The notes beneath the pieces were generated by a model. The model made no database searches, had not been told where the DNA came from, and saw only the letters and a list, made by a program, of their open reading frames with translations. From the NCBI GenBank assembly GCA_051294375.1, contig CM119268.1:16821947-16885946 (forward strand): 64,000 nt of DNA, read 5' to 3'. Source of the DNA: Paraspadella gotoi. Taxonomy: Eukaryota; Animalia; Chaetognatha. The position numbers were made by a program, and so were the translations under genes. Positions within the stretch are counted from its first letter, which is position 1; every line of letters starts with the position of its first letter. Positions 39,241-52,844 of the stretch are shown one piece after another.

Positions 39241-41559
39241 ATCTCTCTCTTGTGTCTTATAATAGTCCAACTCTATAAACCATTTCATCCATTTATCTGT
39301 ACACCCCTCATATCTTGTTGGTAAATTATTTGGTTCACATTAGAATATTGAGTTATAGAAAATTATCTGAAAAAATGGAATCCTTCCCCCTTTCCATACA
39401 TCTATTTGTTCGTCCATCTATCTGTAATTTTGTCCTGTCATTAAACTTGAGTGAATTGATTGATAGATTTGAAATTTTGTGTGTGGCCAGAAAAAAGGTT
39501 GATGGAGCCTAATCTTAAGTTTGGATAAAATCATGCAGGGAGAAATCGATATAAATTATAAAAAAGTTTTAACCATTTTTTTNNNNNNNNNNNNNNNNNN
39601 NNNNNNNAATTGGCTAAAATGAGAGAATAGAAAAAATATGACGTGATACGGTGGAGCAGGCTCCCTGGCAATTCATACGCTAAATTCTGTAACAAAATTT
39701 CCATGGGTGTTTGTGTTTATTTCAGGTATCCTAAAACTTTTTCCTGTACTAAATCCCCATTATGAAATTAAATACTATATTAATTTTAGATTTCAGTAAA
39801 AGATCTCCGGTAACGTTTTGACTGTTAATGGTTTTAACCTGATAAATTCTTGTGATTGTCGATTAATTGTTTAGCTAAAGGATCCTATATTGAAGAAATC
39901 AATAGTTGAACTACCCGTCGGCTCTCCCATTTAGAGGTTAAAAGAGAGAAAGATCTGTATAGATGAGAATGGTTAGGGCCACGAACCCTCAGACGTTAAA
40001 GCAGTATACCGATTTCTATTAAACTCTCTCGTAGCTTATCTTGCATGATTTTCTGTACCCTAGGTATTCCAGCCCTTTCTCACTCTGCCTTCTGCCTCTC
40101 GAATGTGTGTAGATTTAAAGAGAAACTGCTTTGACATTCGTCAGCACCGTGAACCACGAGCACCAAGCCACGAATTTCTAATAATAACCATAAGACGACC
40201 GGAGGACGCATTCGTGACGGACTGACCATCGGGATGAATGCCCAAAAGATGACAACGACGCCCGACGGCATCTCCCCCGCAGCTTACTGTTAAACGCGAC
40301 GACAATTACGACGGACCCTCAGCAAAGAAATAAACGGGAATTCGCGAATTTCGTCTAAAAGACACTTAGACGTGCGTCTAGACGGATGAGGAAACGTGCC
40401 GAATAACAGAAGTCGATTCCACTTCCCATGTAACTGCACTTCACCTAGATAGCGACTGACAAACTAGTACGAGTATCACCCGAATTCATATAGAACTCAT
40501 GCGTATCATGTGTGATCCTACGTATGGATCTCGTCTCCTCCCCTGCATCTCCCACTCTTACTACTTGTGCATTGTGCCCATTGCATCTCCTACACATATG
40601 TCACGTACTCACTTTTATTTACATTTTACTCTGCATCGAGTCACTTCATCAGCCGACCGTATATATTCATTTATAACTGATCGAGACTGCCCCATGGTCA
40701 GAGACCCACGATTCATTAAACTGATTGAGAGCTTTGCTGACCAGACCCGATTCCCATTAAAACTAGTAATCTAAGATTTGACCCACGTAGCCAAGACTTC
40801 CTCTCATGATGCTCTATCATGCTCAATATACTCCGAATGCTGTCGAGAACAATGCTATCTCCTTTCATATTACTCTTCCTGCTCATCTATCTACTCTCCG
40901 TGGCTCGCGCGTTTCATATTCTAATTCTTGCTGATCTAACTGGCGTTCGAGTCCTCCCGTCGGTCTCTCTCTCTCTCTCTCAATTTGATTTTTGATCTCA
41001 CTGTCATATCTGCGTGCATGCGGTGCTCTCTGCGGGTGGGTTGGAATCTGGTGGGCGTGCGCAGTGGCGTTTGCAAACAAACTATGTGGTGTTGCAGCGT
41101 GTTTTCTTGCATAGCGGTGATGGGTGTTCCTGATTAGTTGTGTCCTGTGGTGACACTGAGGCGGAACAATGTCGAGTGAACGCGAAACGTTGGAATAGAC
41201 AAAAATCTTTTTTATTTCATCTCTCCGCCAGAAAATCTGATATCTTGATCTTTTTAGTTAACATTAATATGAATGATAATGGATTTTTTACAAACATCAA
41301 GTGAATAAGAACTAAATAGAATTCTTCATACGTTTCTAATCTTATTTTGCTTTTGTTTATGCGCCGTTAAAACGTTTATATAAACGCGTTTTATGAATTT
41401 TTAAGTTTCATGTACAAAAGCGATAAGTAAAAATCAAATGCAGCGCAACTCCGTGGCTGATTTCGACTTTTTTCTGTTCTTCAATCTTTCTTTTTTTTCT
41501 TCTCTTTTTCCTACTTTTCATTCCTCTCACATTGCAACGCCTCGTCACTCCGGTTCCAG

Positions 41560-41720
41560 GAGTGGCGGTTCGCGGCGCAACGCGGGAGAGTCTATATACG
41601 CTGTGTTTGTAGTACGTGTGATGTAGGTGAGGAGGAAAGGAAGAGAAGGAAGAGAAGAAGAGAAGGAGAGGAGGGGAAGGGAAGAGAGAGAGTGGGAGTG
41701 GGTCGTGTGGCCGAGGGGCG
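41560..41720 (+). other. Redundant, very noisy copy of the HOOK exon 15198-15393
   Basis: Same acceptor context CGTCACTCCGGTTCCAG|GAGTGGCG, and the same downstream intron GGGAGTTGGGCCACGCGGAC. Confidence 0.65.
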
Positions 41721-44700
41721 GTGTGGGGTGAGTAGGGGTGATGGAGAGTGGTGGGGTGGGGGGCGGGAGTTGGGCCACGCGGACTTGTTATTCAATTAAA
41801 AGCTTATTTTGTTGCATGTTATTTTTGTTTTAAAATAGAATAAATATATGTGTTAGAAATTTAATAGCAAGGTTAGAGTAATAAGAGAAAACTTTTTATT
41901 CATCAAAACAAAAATGAATTTGAAACACGAATTTGATCATGCACTGTTTTTCAGGAATAATTGAACGGGTTTGCAAAAACAAACAGACTGAATAAACAAA
42001 CACCATAACGCAACAAACAAAGCTTAAAGAACAAACAACACCGCAAGGGAACAAAAGAAACCGATATATTACGATGAGAATGAGAAAAAGAATTCCTCTA
42101 CATTTTCAACCCGGGTGAGTCAAGGGCGGAACTAACTGAGCAGGGCGACAGAATAAGGATGAGAACGACGACGAATGAGAGAAGGACAGATGAGAGAGTC
42201 AATCAACTTATGCTTATAATTCTATCGGAGATTGTATCTGGCATATCATTCGTACGGGATGTGCCAAGAGGCAGATCGCATTGTCCTTCCGCGCCATTAA
42301 TCGCGCTTCAGGTTCGAACCACTTAATTTCCTCTTTCTGAGAAGGCCGGAAGAAAACAATTTTCCTTTTTAGTATCGGATCTGTTTTCAGTCAGATTCCG
42401 ACTCTCTAGTGCACCGGTGTCGGTGCACGCTCGGTCCACCCCCACAGTCTTTCTGTCGGTAAGTTCATTTAATAATGTCAGAACATCGAAATCTTGAATA
42501 CAATTCTGCACAAAAATGCCATAAAAATATTGATTGAATTCATAAATTCGTTATCTTTGAATGGGTTATAAAAACATTAGTTTTATTCACATCATGAAAA
42601 AAATCAATGCAAAATAATTACTTTTGTAGTTAGGATAGGATATGACTAAATATAGGATAATAACAGGAAATTAATGTATGAAATAATTTTTTTTCCTTAT
42701 AATAGTCCAACTCTATAAACCATTTCATCCATTTATCTGTACACCCCTCATATCTTGTTGGTAAATTATTTGGTTCACATTAGAATATTGAGTTATAGAA
42801 AATTATCTGAAAAAATGGAATCCTTCCCCCTTTCCATACATCTATTTGTTCGTCCATCTATCTGTAATTTTGTCCTGTCATTAAACTTGAGTGAATTGAT
42901 TGATAGATTTGAAATTTTGTGTGTGGCCAGAAAAAAGGTTGATGGAGCCTAATCTTAAGTTTGGATAAAATCATGCAGGGAGAAATCGATATAAATTATA
43001 AAAAAGTTTTAACCATTTTTTTTCTCATTTTAAAAAGTAAAAATATGCTACAACAACAACAATAATTATAACCATAACAACCACAACAACTACAATGTCT
43101 CTTTCTCTCTTTCACTCTTTATCCTTTTCTATTTTTCTCTCTTCCAATATATTTCTTTTTTCTTTGATCTGTCATGCTTTACTTACTTTTTCTCCAAGCT
43201 TCTTACTTTTTCTACTTTTACTATTTCAATTCATTTCCTTTATCTTTATAACTTCATTTAAGTTTTGTTTTATTCATAAAAGTATAAACATTAAATAAAA
43301 CAAAATTATATAAAAATCTTTTTTAAAAAATAAGGGGAAAAATGAACTGACCTATGCTCATTGAAAATTATATTTCTACTTGAAAATATAAGATATCCAA
43401 AAAATAAAAAAATCAGATTGTAGATAAATCAATTAGCTACAAGCTGATTTTTTGTAAAATATAAAATTTGTACCCTAATTCCAGATCTAAAATTCNNNNN
43501 NNNNNNNNNNNNNNNNNNNNGATAAAATTCTTATTTTTTGTTTCAAATATTTTTTTCCTTAATTTTTATTAATAAATGTTGATGATAGCAGAGGTGTAGT
43601 CCGAGAGTGGGTTCAAGGGATATACATTACTATTATATGAATATGAGTTAACTCAAAATTGTTGTGCTTGATTCTTTGCCACAGTACGATGATGAAATGA
43701 TTAAAGGTCGAAATTGTAAACAATAAGAAATAATGTAATGTGGGCATTGTTTAGGTTTTCGAATTGATTGGAGTTCGAAAAATTTATAGTTTTTTTAGTT
43801 TTGCAGAAGATTATAAATAATGGGGATTCAGAGAGTAGTTTTGTCTCAGCTATCATTATTTAGTTATATAGTGTTGTCTTAAAAGTTGAAGGAGTGTCTG
43901 GAGTGGGATAGAACAAACGTTTTAATGCTGTTATTATTAATCATAAGACTTCAAGTTCTGCCGTCACAGATAAGACAATATGACAAAAACTTTGCTCATG
44001 GCGTAGATAGATTATATTAAAATTCATCGATGTCTTAATGTAAGAAGACAATACATATGTATATCATCTTGATGATATATATATATAATATTATTTATTG
44101 CTTAAATAGCTATTAAGATTGAATTGAATTTTGGTTTCGGTAGGACAAGTGTGTGATAAATGATGGAGTGTAAATTTTTAGAGGTGTATGTTAGGGAGGT
44201 GCGAAAAGAGTTTAATATAAAATGACAAAAGACACATTTTATTTGAATTTCTCTCCTAGCGTTCTGAATTTGATTGACTGGATACGATAGATGATTTGAT
44301 TGAATTGATGCATATCACTCTCAGATCGATCATTGTATAGGTATCAATTATTGTTATGATATTGCTCAATTCCTTTTATTTTTGTTGTTTTTTGAGATAT
44401 AGCCAGTATTATGCTGTATTTTTGTCTAGGCGACATCTGAGAAGTTAAAAGAGCATATTGAGGCATTTGTATAGTTTTTAAAAAATTGCTCTCTGGTTGA
44501 AACAGTGGTAATATTGGAAATCGGGCGTAACCGCGGATTCTCTGAGGGGGTTTCTATAGTGTACCATTTTTAAGGTGGCAGCCGAGTTGGTCTTCTTACC
44601 CGAGTGATTTCACTCCTCCTCAGAGGATTAAGCTAGGTAAGGAACTTAAGGAGCAAATCGCAGAGCAAGGTTTCGGTTCATTAGGTTTAGTTTTCTCTTT

Positions 44701-46759
44701 CTTTATTAGCAGAGCTTTCTGCTCACCAAAATTGTTGGTATATGACGTTGGATTACTATCAACCTTGTTGGTCCAATGTTTGGACATCGATCGGAGCGTG
44801 TTTTTGAGAGTATGGGTGTTTTGCTTATTGATAAGTCAGTTATCCGGATTCGTCAATCAGTTTACCATGTTTCAAGCGAGAGATTGCACTTTTTATCAAA
44901 AAATTTATCGTATTGGCTACGGACAAGATGTAAATGGGAGAATAGGAAATTACTTGTCTAATTTGTATTGTAGCATGTTTGTGCTTTATGTTCTTCTTCT
45001 CTTGTCGAATTCTGCTTATCAGCGATTGTCGTATCTATGGGATTTGGTGTTGCCCTTATCATATCATTGTGTTAGCGTCGAAAATTTCGAAGTTGAGCGA
45101 CCCATGCTTCCAAAGTGAAAATTTTTAACACTATATTTATTGCGGCTTTCGATAAAATTTCTTTTTTTCGACTGTGTGTGTAGGTTAGTAAATGAGATTA
45201 AGACGACTCTTTTGTCATCAAAGATTGGATTTTTTCTGTTTGACAGTCGCGTCCGTCCGGTTGTCTCTCTGTCACGTTCTCGTTCCGTCAACCTAGCATT
45301 AGACTCAGATTGCTGCGTGGATTGTATGGGATGGATTAGAATTGAAGATTTTGTTTCGTGTGTGTTGTTACTTGAATATTTAAAGTTTCGATGGATCGTT
45401 CTTGCAGTGGAAATGAGTTTAAATTGGCAAACAAGTACATTTACTTAAAGTTTATTTACTCGATAATTATAATATTAATTAAAAATTTGGATCGATAATT
45501 GAAATGAAATTTTTGTGGTGCTCAGGGGAAAGAATTTGATCATAAGTGAGTAGTGAATTTTTGATGGACTACTGCAGGGCAAGGGTTTAATTAAAAACCC
45601 AAATCACGGCATTGATTTTGAACTTTTTAAGTTTTTCTCTCTCTTGATGTTTCTTTTTTATAGTATTGATTTATTGACTCTTATTGATTCTATTTATTGA
45701 TTCTATCTTTATTGGTTGATAGAGATTGATCGAGTTAAGGATGTTAATGATGTATTATTGGTATGTTAGTTGTGGGTTAAGTGATTGGATTTGATAATTT
45801 TCGGGTTAATTTGGATTAGAATTTGAAAGCTGTTATGGTGTAATAATTGTTGTGGAATCTAGTTATTAAGTTCAGAATAATTAAAGTAAGATCTAAGCGA
45901 GATGACGACATTGTGTTTTACGTTGTTGTCGTTTTTCGGTGCGTGATACTGGTTTAAGAGGAAGTTAATCAACTGCGCTCGATAAACTGGGGAGTTACAT
46001 GCGGATAACTAAGATATTCCCGTGGAATATATCAGAAGCGACGCGACAGCGGAATAGAACGGATTGTCTGACTGAAATCAGTGACGACGGGAGAGGTGTG
46101 TGAGGAAAGAAGTAGAACGAAACGAGCGACGATAGTGTTAGGACCGATGGAGTTTTTCTTTCTTCTGACTACAAAAATAGTAAGAAATGACGCTTGACGT
46201 GGATTAATTCGCAAAGGAGATATCTAGAGAGTTCTGTGGAAGATAAGGATGGGGATTGGTAAGTCCTTTAAAAATAAGAGAAATTTGATTGTCAATGAAA
46301 TTTTACAAGTTTTGTACAATGCAATCGTTGTTTTGAACTAATATTAAAAATTGTTTTAGATAGAAGTTATAGTCCGAATGGTTTCAAAATATACATACAT
46401 AGTTACAATAATATGATTTAACTCAAAATGTCTTCCTTATTCTTTGTCACTATACATGAAGAACGCATTAAAAAAGCCCAAAATCAAATATTAAAATAGA
46501 AAAAAATTTGTCATTTTAGTTTTCGAATTGATTGATCAAAAATTTATAGTTTTTTTAATTCAAAATTTATCAAATAATGGATCAGAGGAGTAAGTTTTTG
46601 GTCTCAAACAATCATTTGATGTGTATAGTAAAAGTAAAGCTCTGGTTAGAACCAACGCATGCTGTATTTATTAATATAAAGCTTCAAGTTTGCCTTACAG
46701 ATTAAAGAAATATGACAAAAATTGCATGGGTAAGTTTCGCCACGTTAACATTCATCGTG

Positions 46760-47069
46760 TCTTAAATGGAAAAAACAAAAGTCACATTTACTTAAAGTTT
46801 TTATACTCTATATTTACTCATTATTATAATATTTATTATTATTTATTATCGAATAGATAAATTGAAATGAAATTATGGGTTTGGGTAGGAAAGTGTGTGT
46901 ATAAGATGGATATAATTATAAATTTTTGATGAATCGTAGGAGTGGAAAAGAGTTTAAATTAAAAAAACAAAAGAACACTTTATTTGAATTTTCTCTCTAT
47001 CTACTGATTGATTGATGGATAGATTGATTGATTAGCGTAGGCAGATCCGACATTGTTTGCTCAAACTTG
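46760..47069 (+). mobile_element. 5'-truncated HINE family copy (core repeat plus 3' end)
   Basis: Contains the core AAATGGAAAAAACAAAAGTCACATTTACT..GGGTAGGAAAGTGTGTG. Ends CGTAGGCAGATCCGACATTGTTTGCTCAAACTTG|TTT, with a perfect GTTTG-CT-CAAAC hairpin. The left boundary is approximate. Confidence 0.7.
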
Positions 47070-47679
47070 TTTATAATTGCTCAATTCCTTTTTATTTTTG
47101 TTGTTTTTGTTTATGTTATTGTCTAAGCGACATCCTGAAGAAGTTAAAAGAGCAATTGAGGCAGTTATATTTTTAAAAAAAAGTCTGTGAAACAGTGGGT
47201 AAAATTGGAAAACAATCGCGCAGCGCTAACGCGGCATCTCTGGGAGGGGGCTTTCCTTACGTTGACCCATTCGGGCGACAGCCGAGTTGGTCTTATTACC
47301 CAGCTATTCATCCCTTCAAGGATACTAGTAAGGAACTAAGGAGCAACATCGCAGAGACACAGGTTTCCGGTACAGAAGGTTTAGTTTCTCTTTTTTATCT
47401 AGAGAGCTTTCTGCCCCATCCAAAATTTTGGTTGACTTGGATACTTATCAAGCTTTAGTCCAATTAGTTTGGACATGAAAGGACCGTGTTTTGAGAATGT
47501 TTGCTTATTGATAAGTCAGTTATCCGGCATTCGATCGATCAGTTTACATAATTCAACGAGAGATTGCACTTTTATCAAAAAATTATTGATTAGTTGGCAT
47601 ACGACAAGATGTAAATGAGAATAGAAGAAATTAAATGGTTCATTTGTAATTGTTACATGTTTTCCTTTATGTCTTTTTT

Positions 47680-48536
47680 AGTCGAATCTGCTTATCAGCA
47701 GATTCCTACTCTATAATTAGGGTTGGCCTATCACAGTAAGTTGGGTCAAAAAATTTCAATTGAGCACCTGCTCAAATGAAAATTTTAACATTTTTTTATT
47801 GCGACTTTTGCGAAAATTCTTTTTTTTTCGTTGTGTTTAGGTATAAATGAGATTAAAGAGGAAGTCTTTTTACATCAACGATTGATTTTTTATTTGACAG
47901 TCCGTCCGTTCGTCTGTCTGTCCGTCCGTCCGTCCGTCTGTCCGTCACACTAAGCATTAAACTCCAATTGCTCGTGATTGGATAGATGGATTAAAATGAA
48001 ATTTTGTGTGTACTTGAATATAAAGTTTCGATGGAATCGTGCCAGTGGAAATGAGTTTAAATGGAAAAAACAAAAGTCACATTTACTTGTTTTTTACTTA
48101 TATATTTACTTATGATTATAATATTTATTAAAAATTGAATGGATAAATTGAAATAAAATTTTTTGAGTGGGTAGGAAAGTATGGAATCAAGCTGGATATA
48201 AATTTTTGATGGAATCCTAGCAGTGGAAAAGTGTTTAAATTAAAAAACCAAAATACACATTGATTTGAACTTTTTAAAGTTTTTCTCTCTTTATTTCTAT
48301 TTGATTGATTGATTGATTGATTGATTTATCTATTTATCTATTTATTGGTTGATTGATAGATTGATTGATTAAATGATTAATTGATTGATTGATTGCTTGT
48401 TAATTTGGTTAAATGATTAATTGATATTTTTTTAATTGATTAATTTAGAAAGCTGTTATGATTTATAATGTTATGATCTAGTTATTATTAAATATTAAAT
48501 ATCGTAGCCAGATACGACATTGTTTTCTCAAACTTG
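47680..48536 (+). mobile_element. HINE-type element of the same family, about 860 bp, full length
   Basis: Starts T-run|AGTCGAATCTGCT-TATC-AGCAGATTCCTACT (hairpin). Contains a (GTCC/GTCT)n tract at about 47900-47946 and core repeats shared with 51302-54786. Ends CAGATACGACATTGTTTTCTCAAACTTG|T-run. Noisy copies start at about 18636 and 45004, and a partial clean copy lies at 50002-50613. Confidence 0.8.
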
Positions 48537-49271
48537 TTTTTTTTTACGAGTCAGTGATATTATTTTAGAGGAGTTATCACTGCGCTCGAATAACTGCGGC
48601 AATAACGACGCAATAACGACGCAATAACGACGCAATAACCGACGGAGTTTGGGAAATGAACGAGCGACATTTTGACGATCGAGTTTTTATTTCTTCTCTA
48701 CAAAAAACTAGTAAATCGTTGCTTTAATTCGCAAAGAGAGAAACTAGAGTCTTAAAATCAATGCAGGGTTGGTTAAGTCTTAAAAGAAATTGATTGTCAA
48801 TGGATTTTAAAGTTTTGTAAAACATGCAATCGTTGTTTGACTAAATTATAATTGTTTTAGATTACAATTAGATTAATTAGATTTGACCTTTAAAAAAAAA
48901 TAGGCTGCTTCAAAACTCGTCGGATTGTAATTACCTACTGAAAATACTGTCGCTGAGTTTTTTTAAGAAATTGCGAAAATAAGATGTTTCTGTCCTCGTT
49001 AAGCCGCTCCGTCTCAATTCTAAGCTCTCGAGGAAAACAAAACGACAACAAAACTAAAGTCAAAACAAAAACGAACGAAAACAAAGTTGTTTAAAAAAAA
49101 AAATATTCTTTCTACTCCTTACGAAACTCATTCTCTCTTGTAGTTGTGTTATCAGCTCACATTTTCTAGCGATTTGCATAATACGTTTCACCTTTTGATA
49201 AATTAATGTACAAAAAAAAAAAAAAAAAAAAAGAATCCCAGGAAAAAAAGTCCCCCATCTTCCTTTTTCAG

Positions 49272-49351
49272 GTCGAAGGTTACGAAGAAGTCGTGAGGCT
49301 TCCCTACTTTCAAAGAAAAAACCATGGTGCTCTTGGGAGCTCATGGCGTCG
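49272..49351 (+). CDS. CASK: CASK-like GuK exon 1, redundant copy with one extra A in a homopolymer
   Basis: Identical to 54841-54919 except GAAAAAACC versus GAAAAACC. Confidence 0.7.
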
Positions 49352-50364
49352 GTGAGTCCTCAGCGCTCGTAATCGTCCTCGTCGTTGTCGTAGTCGTCGT
49401 CGTTGTTGTTATTGCAATTTAATTGCCGCTCGCAGATGTCGTTCCTCGCTACTTAAAATTTTGTTCTTTTAATATAAATGACTTTTGATTATTAAATTTA
49501 AAATTCAAAGGTTGAATCAATTGCGGCGCTAATCTCCTTTTTTCTATGTTCTCGTCGTCGTGGTCGTCGTCGTCGTTCTTGTTTATCGTTGCCATGGTTA
49601 TCGCCTTCTTGATTATTTTCTTCATTATCGTCGGAAGAGATGAGAAAAAACCCCAGAAAAAGTAAATTTCAATTTAGATGCAAAAATGAAAAGCGCTCCT
49701 TCAAAATTGAAAACTTTTCAATGTAAATAACATATCCGTTTGCGGGAAATTTAATTTTGTTACAAATAAAAATACGTAATGAAAAGGCTTTCGTTTCGTT
49801 GCGTTTTAAAATTGAGAGAGAAAACAAAGTTATTTTTGTTTACAAACAACGAGTTTCGTCTCTTTTTTTAGTCTTTTTTAGCGCAATGTGAATTTAAAAA
49901 ATTAAAAGTGTTTAAAAAGTGTGAAATAGAAGTGAAATAGAATTCCTCTCTCTTGTGTGGTTGGGGGGTGGGGGGTNNNNNNNNNNNNNNNNNNNNNNNN
50001 NTGTCCGTCACACCTAAGCATTAAACTCCAATTGCTCGTGATTGGATAGATGGATTAAAATGAAATTTTGTGTGTACTTGAATATAAAGTTTCGATGGAA
50101 TCGTGCCAGTGGAAATGAGTTTAAATGGAAAAAACAAAAGTCACATTTACTTGTTTTTTACTTATATATTTACTCATGATTATAATATTTATTAAAAATT
50201 GAATGGATAAATTGAAATAAAATTTTGTGAGTGGGTAGGAAAGTATGGAATCAAGCTGGATATAAATTTTTGATGGAATCCTAGCAGTGGAAAAGTGTTT
50301 AAATTAAAAAACCAAAATACACATTGATTTGAACTTTTTAAAGTTTTTCTCTCTCTATTTCTTA

Positions 50365-50408
<44 letters not shown>

Positions 50409-50675
50409 ATTTATCTATTTATTGTTGATAGATTGATTGATTGATTAAATGATTAATTGATTGATTGATTGCTTGTTAATTTGGTTAAATGATTGATTGA
50501 TAATTTTTTTAATTTATTAATTTAGAAAGCTGTTATGAATTATAATATTATGATCTAGTTATTATTAAATATTAGATAACGTAGCCAGATCCGACATTGT
50601 TTTCTCAAACTTGTTTTTTTTACGAGTCGGGGATATTATTTTAGAGGAGTTATCACTGCGCTCGAATAACTGCGG

Positions 50676-50726
50676 CAATAACGACGCAATAACGACGCAA
50701 TAACGACGCAATAACGACGCAATAAC
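50676..50726. repeat. 11-bp tandem repeat (CAATAACGACG)n; 4 full units here versus 3 in the copy at 48600-48640
   Basis: Directly visible in both copies. Confidence 0.85.
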
Positions 50727-52493
50727 CGACGGAGTTTGGGAAATGAACGAGCGACATTTTGACGATCGAGTTTTTATTTCTTCTCTACAAAAACTAGTAA
50801 ATCGTTGCTTTAATTCGCAAAGAGGGAAACTAGAGTCTTAAAATCAATGCAGGGTTGGTTAAGTCTTAAAAGAAATTGATTGTCAATGGATTTTAAAGTT
50901 TTGTAAAACATGCAATCGTTGTTTGACTAAATTATAATTGTTTTAGATTACAATTAGATTAATTAGATTTGACCTTTAAAAAAAATAGGCTGCTTCAAAA
51001 CTCGTCGGATTGTAATTACCTACTGAAAATACTGTCGCTGAGTTTTTTTAAGAAATTGCGAAAATAAGATGTTTCTGTCCTCGTTAAGCCGCTCCGTCTC
51101 AATTCTAAGCTCTCGAGGAAAACAAAACGACAACAAAACTAAAGCCAAAACAAAAACGAACGAAAACAAAGTTTAAAAAAAAAAATACTTCTTTCTACTC
51201 CTTACGAAACTCATTCTCTCTTGTAGTTGTGTTATCAGCTCACATTTTCTAGCGATTTGCATAATACGTTTCACCTTTTGATAAATTAATGTACAAAAAA
51301 ACAAGTTGAGCAAACATGTCGGATCTGCCTACGATATTAATTAATTAATTAATAATTAATAGATTAATTAATTAATTAATATTTTAATATGTAATAATTA
51401 ATTTAAATTTATATTCAACTTATAATCATCGATGTCCTTAAAATTGGGTTAGGACAGTTATTAAATATGTTTTGTTTTGCATTTTATCAAAACAAACAAA
51501 TATCCTTATTTTATTTTATGTCTCCTTGTCTCTCTCACTCTCACTCTCTCTCTCTCTCTCTTTTTATGCAATTGCGACGATCTTTATGCTTTTAAGATTT
51601 TTTTAACTTGCATCATTTTTTCACATTAATTAATTAATTAATTAACTAATTAATTAATTAAAACATTTATTAGTATCATTAATATAAAGATCTCAAGTAT
51701 ATGTGACTTATGTTTTTTCTATCTAAACTCATTTCCACTGGCACAATTCCGTCAAAACTTTATATAATTATTATATATTAATAAATATTTAAAAGCTTCA
51801 GTGGCAACAACCCAAATCCAAAAAGTTACATTGAAAATCGATTTAGTAGTAAAAGGAAAAAAAAATTTTAAAGAGAACGAGGAGTTAGAAAAAGTGTTCA
51901 ATTTTGGCCCGCCTTACTAGATATTAGGCCGGAACAGGTTGAAAACTTGAATTCTCTCAAATGGTTAATGGTTAATGGTTAATGGTTAAGCGACTATTAA
52001 ATAATATAAAAATGAAAATAATTTTTAAAATTTGCTTATCAATTTTTTTTATAGATTCTGATAGAGCTTTAAAAGTTAGATAAAGGTTATTAATACAACT
52101 TTTTGTTTGTTTTATTTATAAAAAAATTAAAAAAATAAAATTCCGCCTAATAATGATGATGATGATAATTTTTAAGGTTTTTTCTATTTTTAACCAATTT
52201 ATTGTCAAATTTGAAAAAATTATAGTACTAACTTTCATTTAACTTCTTAAGCTCTACAAGAACCCTGTTAAATCTTTCCGTGTTAAAAGTTTCCCAAAAA
52301 TCGTTGCTCTTTTGCCTAAAACGTTTACTATATATCTAAGTGAAGAAACTTACCTTTGTGAGAGAAAGTAAGAATTATATAGTAGTTCTCAAGCTTTACG
52401 AGCGTGAAGGCAGGTTTGTTTAATGTTTCTTTACTTGATTTAATTTTATATTAGGTTTTTATTAATTCGTTTATATTATCTTTTTATAGTCCA

Positions 52494-52566
52494 CGTTCAA
52501 TGCCGTTCCATGCGTTTCTATGTCGTTCAATGCCGTTCAATGCCTTTCAATGCCGTCAATGCCGTT
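52494..52566. repeat. 10-bp tandem repeat (GCCGTTCAAT)n, about 7 degenerate units, inside the HINE
   Basis: Directly visible. Confidence 0.8.
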
Positions 52567-52644
52567 TGTATCTCAATTGCTTTCTACATTTGGTTGATTA
52601 ACAATATAATATTACTTCGGACATTATTTCGGACTCTCTCTCTT

Positions 52645-52681
<37 letters not shown>

Positions 52682-52776
52682 CAATTGCAACGATCCTTAG
52701 TTCTTTTTTCTGCTCTACTCTCTCTCTTTGCAATTGCGACGACCTTGTATTTGCTCATTTTTCTGCTCTCTTTCTC

Positions 52777-52844
<68 letters not shown>

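Larger units (their letters stand above)
41190..49940 (+). repeat. Further direct duplicates of about 14860-21200 (41190-43495; noisy 43521-46360; cleaner 46361-49940)
   Basis: Collinear shared sequence. 39256-39582 is identical to 42696-43022 (identical ORFs 39315-39512 and 42755-42952). Boundaries are approximate. Confidence 0.88.

Noticed and set aside
39315-39512. Identical 65-aa ORF occurring twice (also 42755-42952)
   Set aside because: An exact assembly duplicate of AT-rich intron sequence with a non-ATG start, and not preserved in the other copies.
39608-41190. Apparently unique sequence with short ORFs (40080-40271, 40499-40774, 40883-41080)
   Set aside because: It follows a 25-N gap and grades into the copy of about 14860 onward, so it is most likely a very low-quality read segment.
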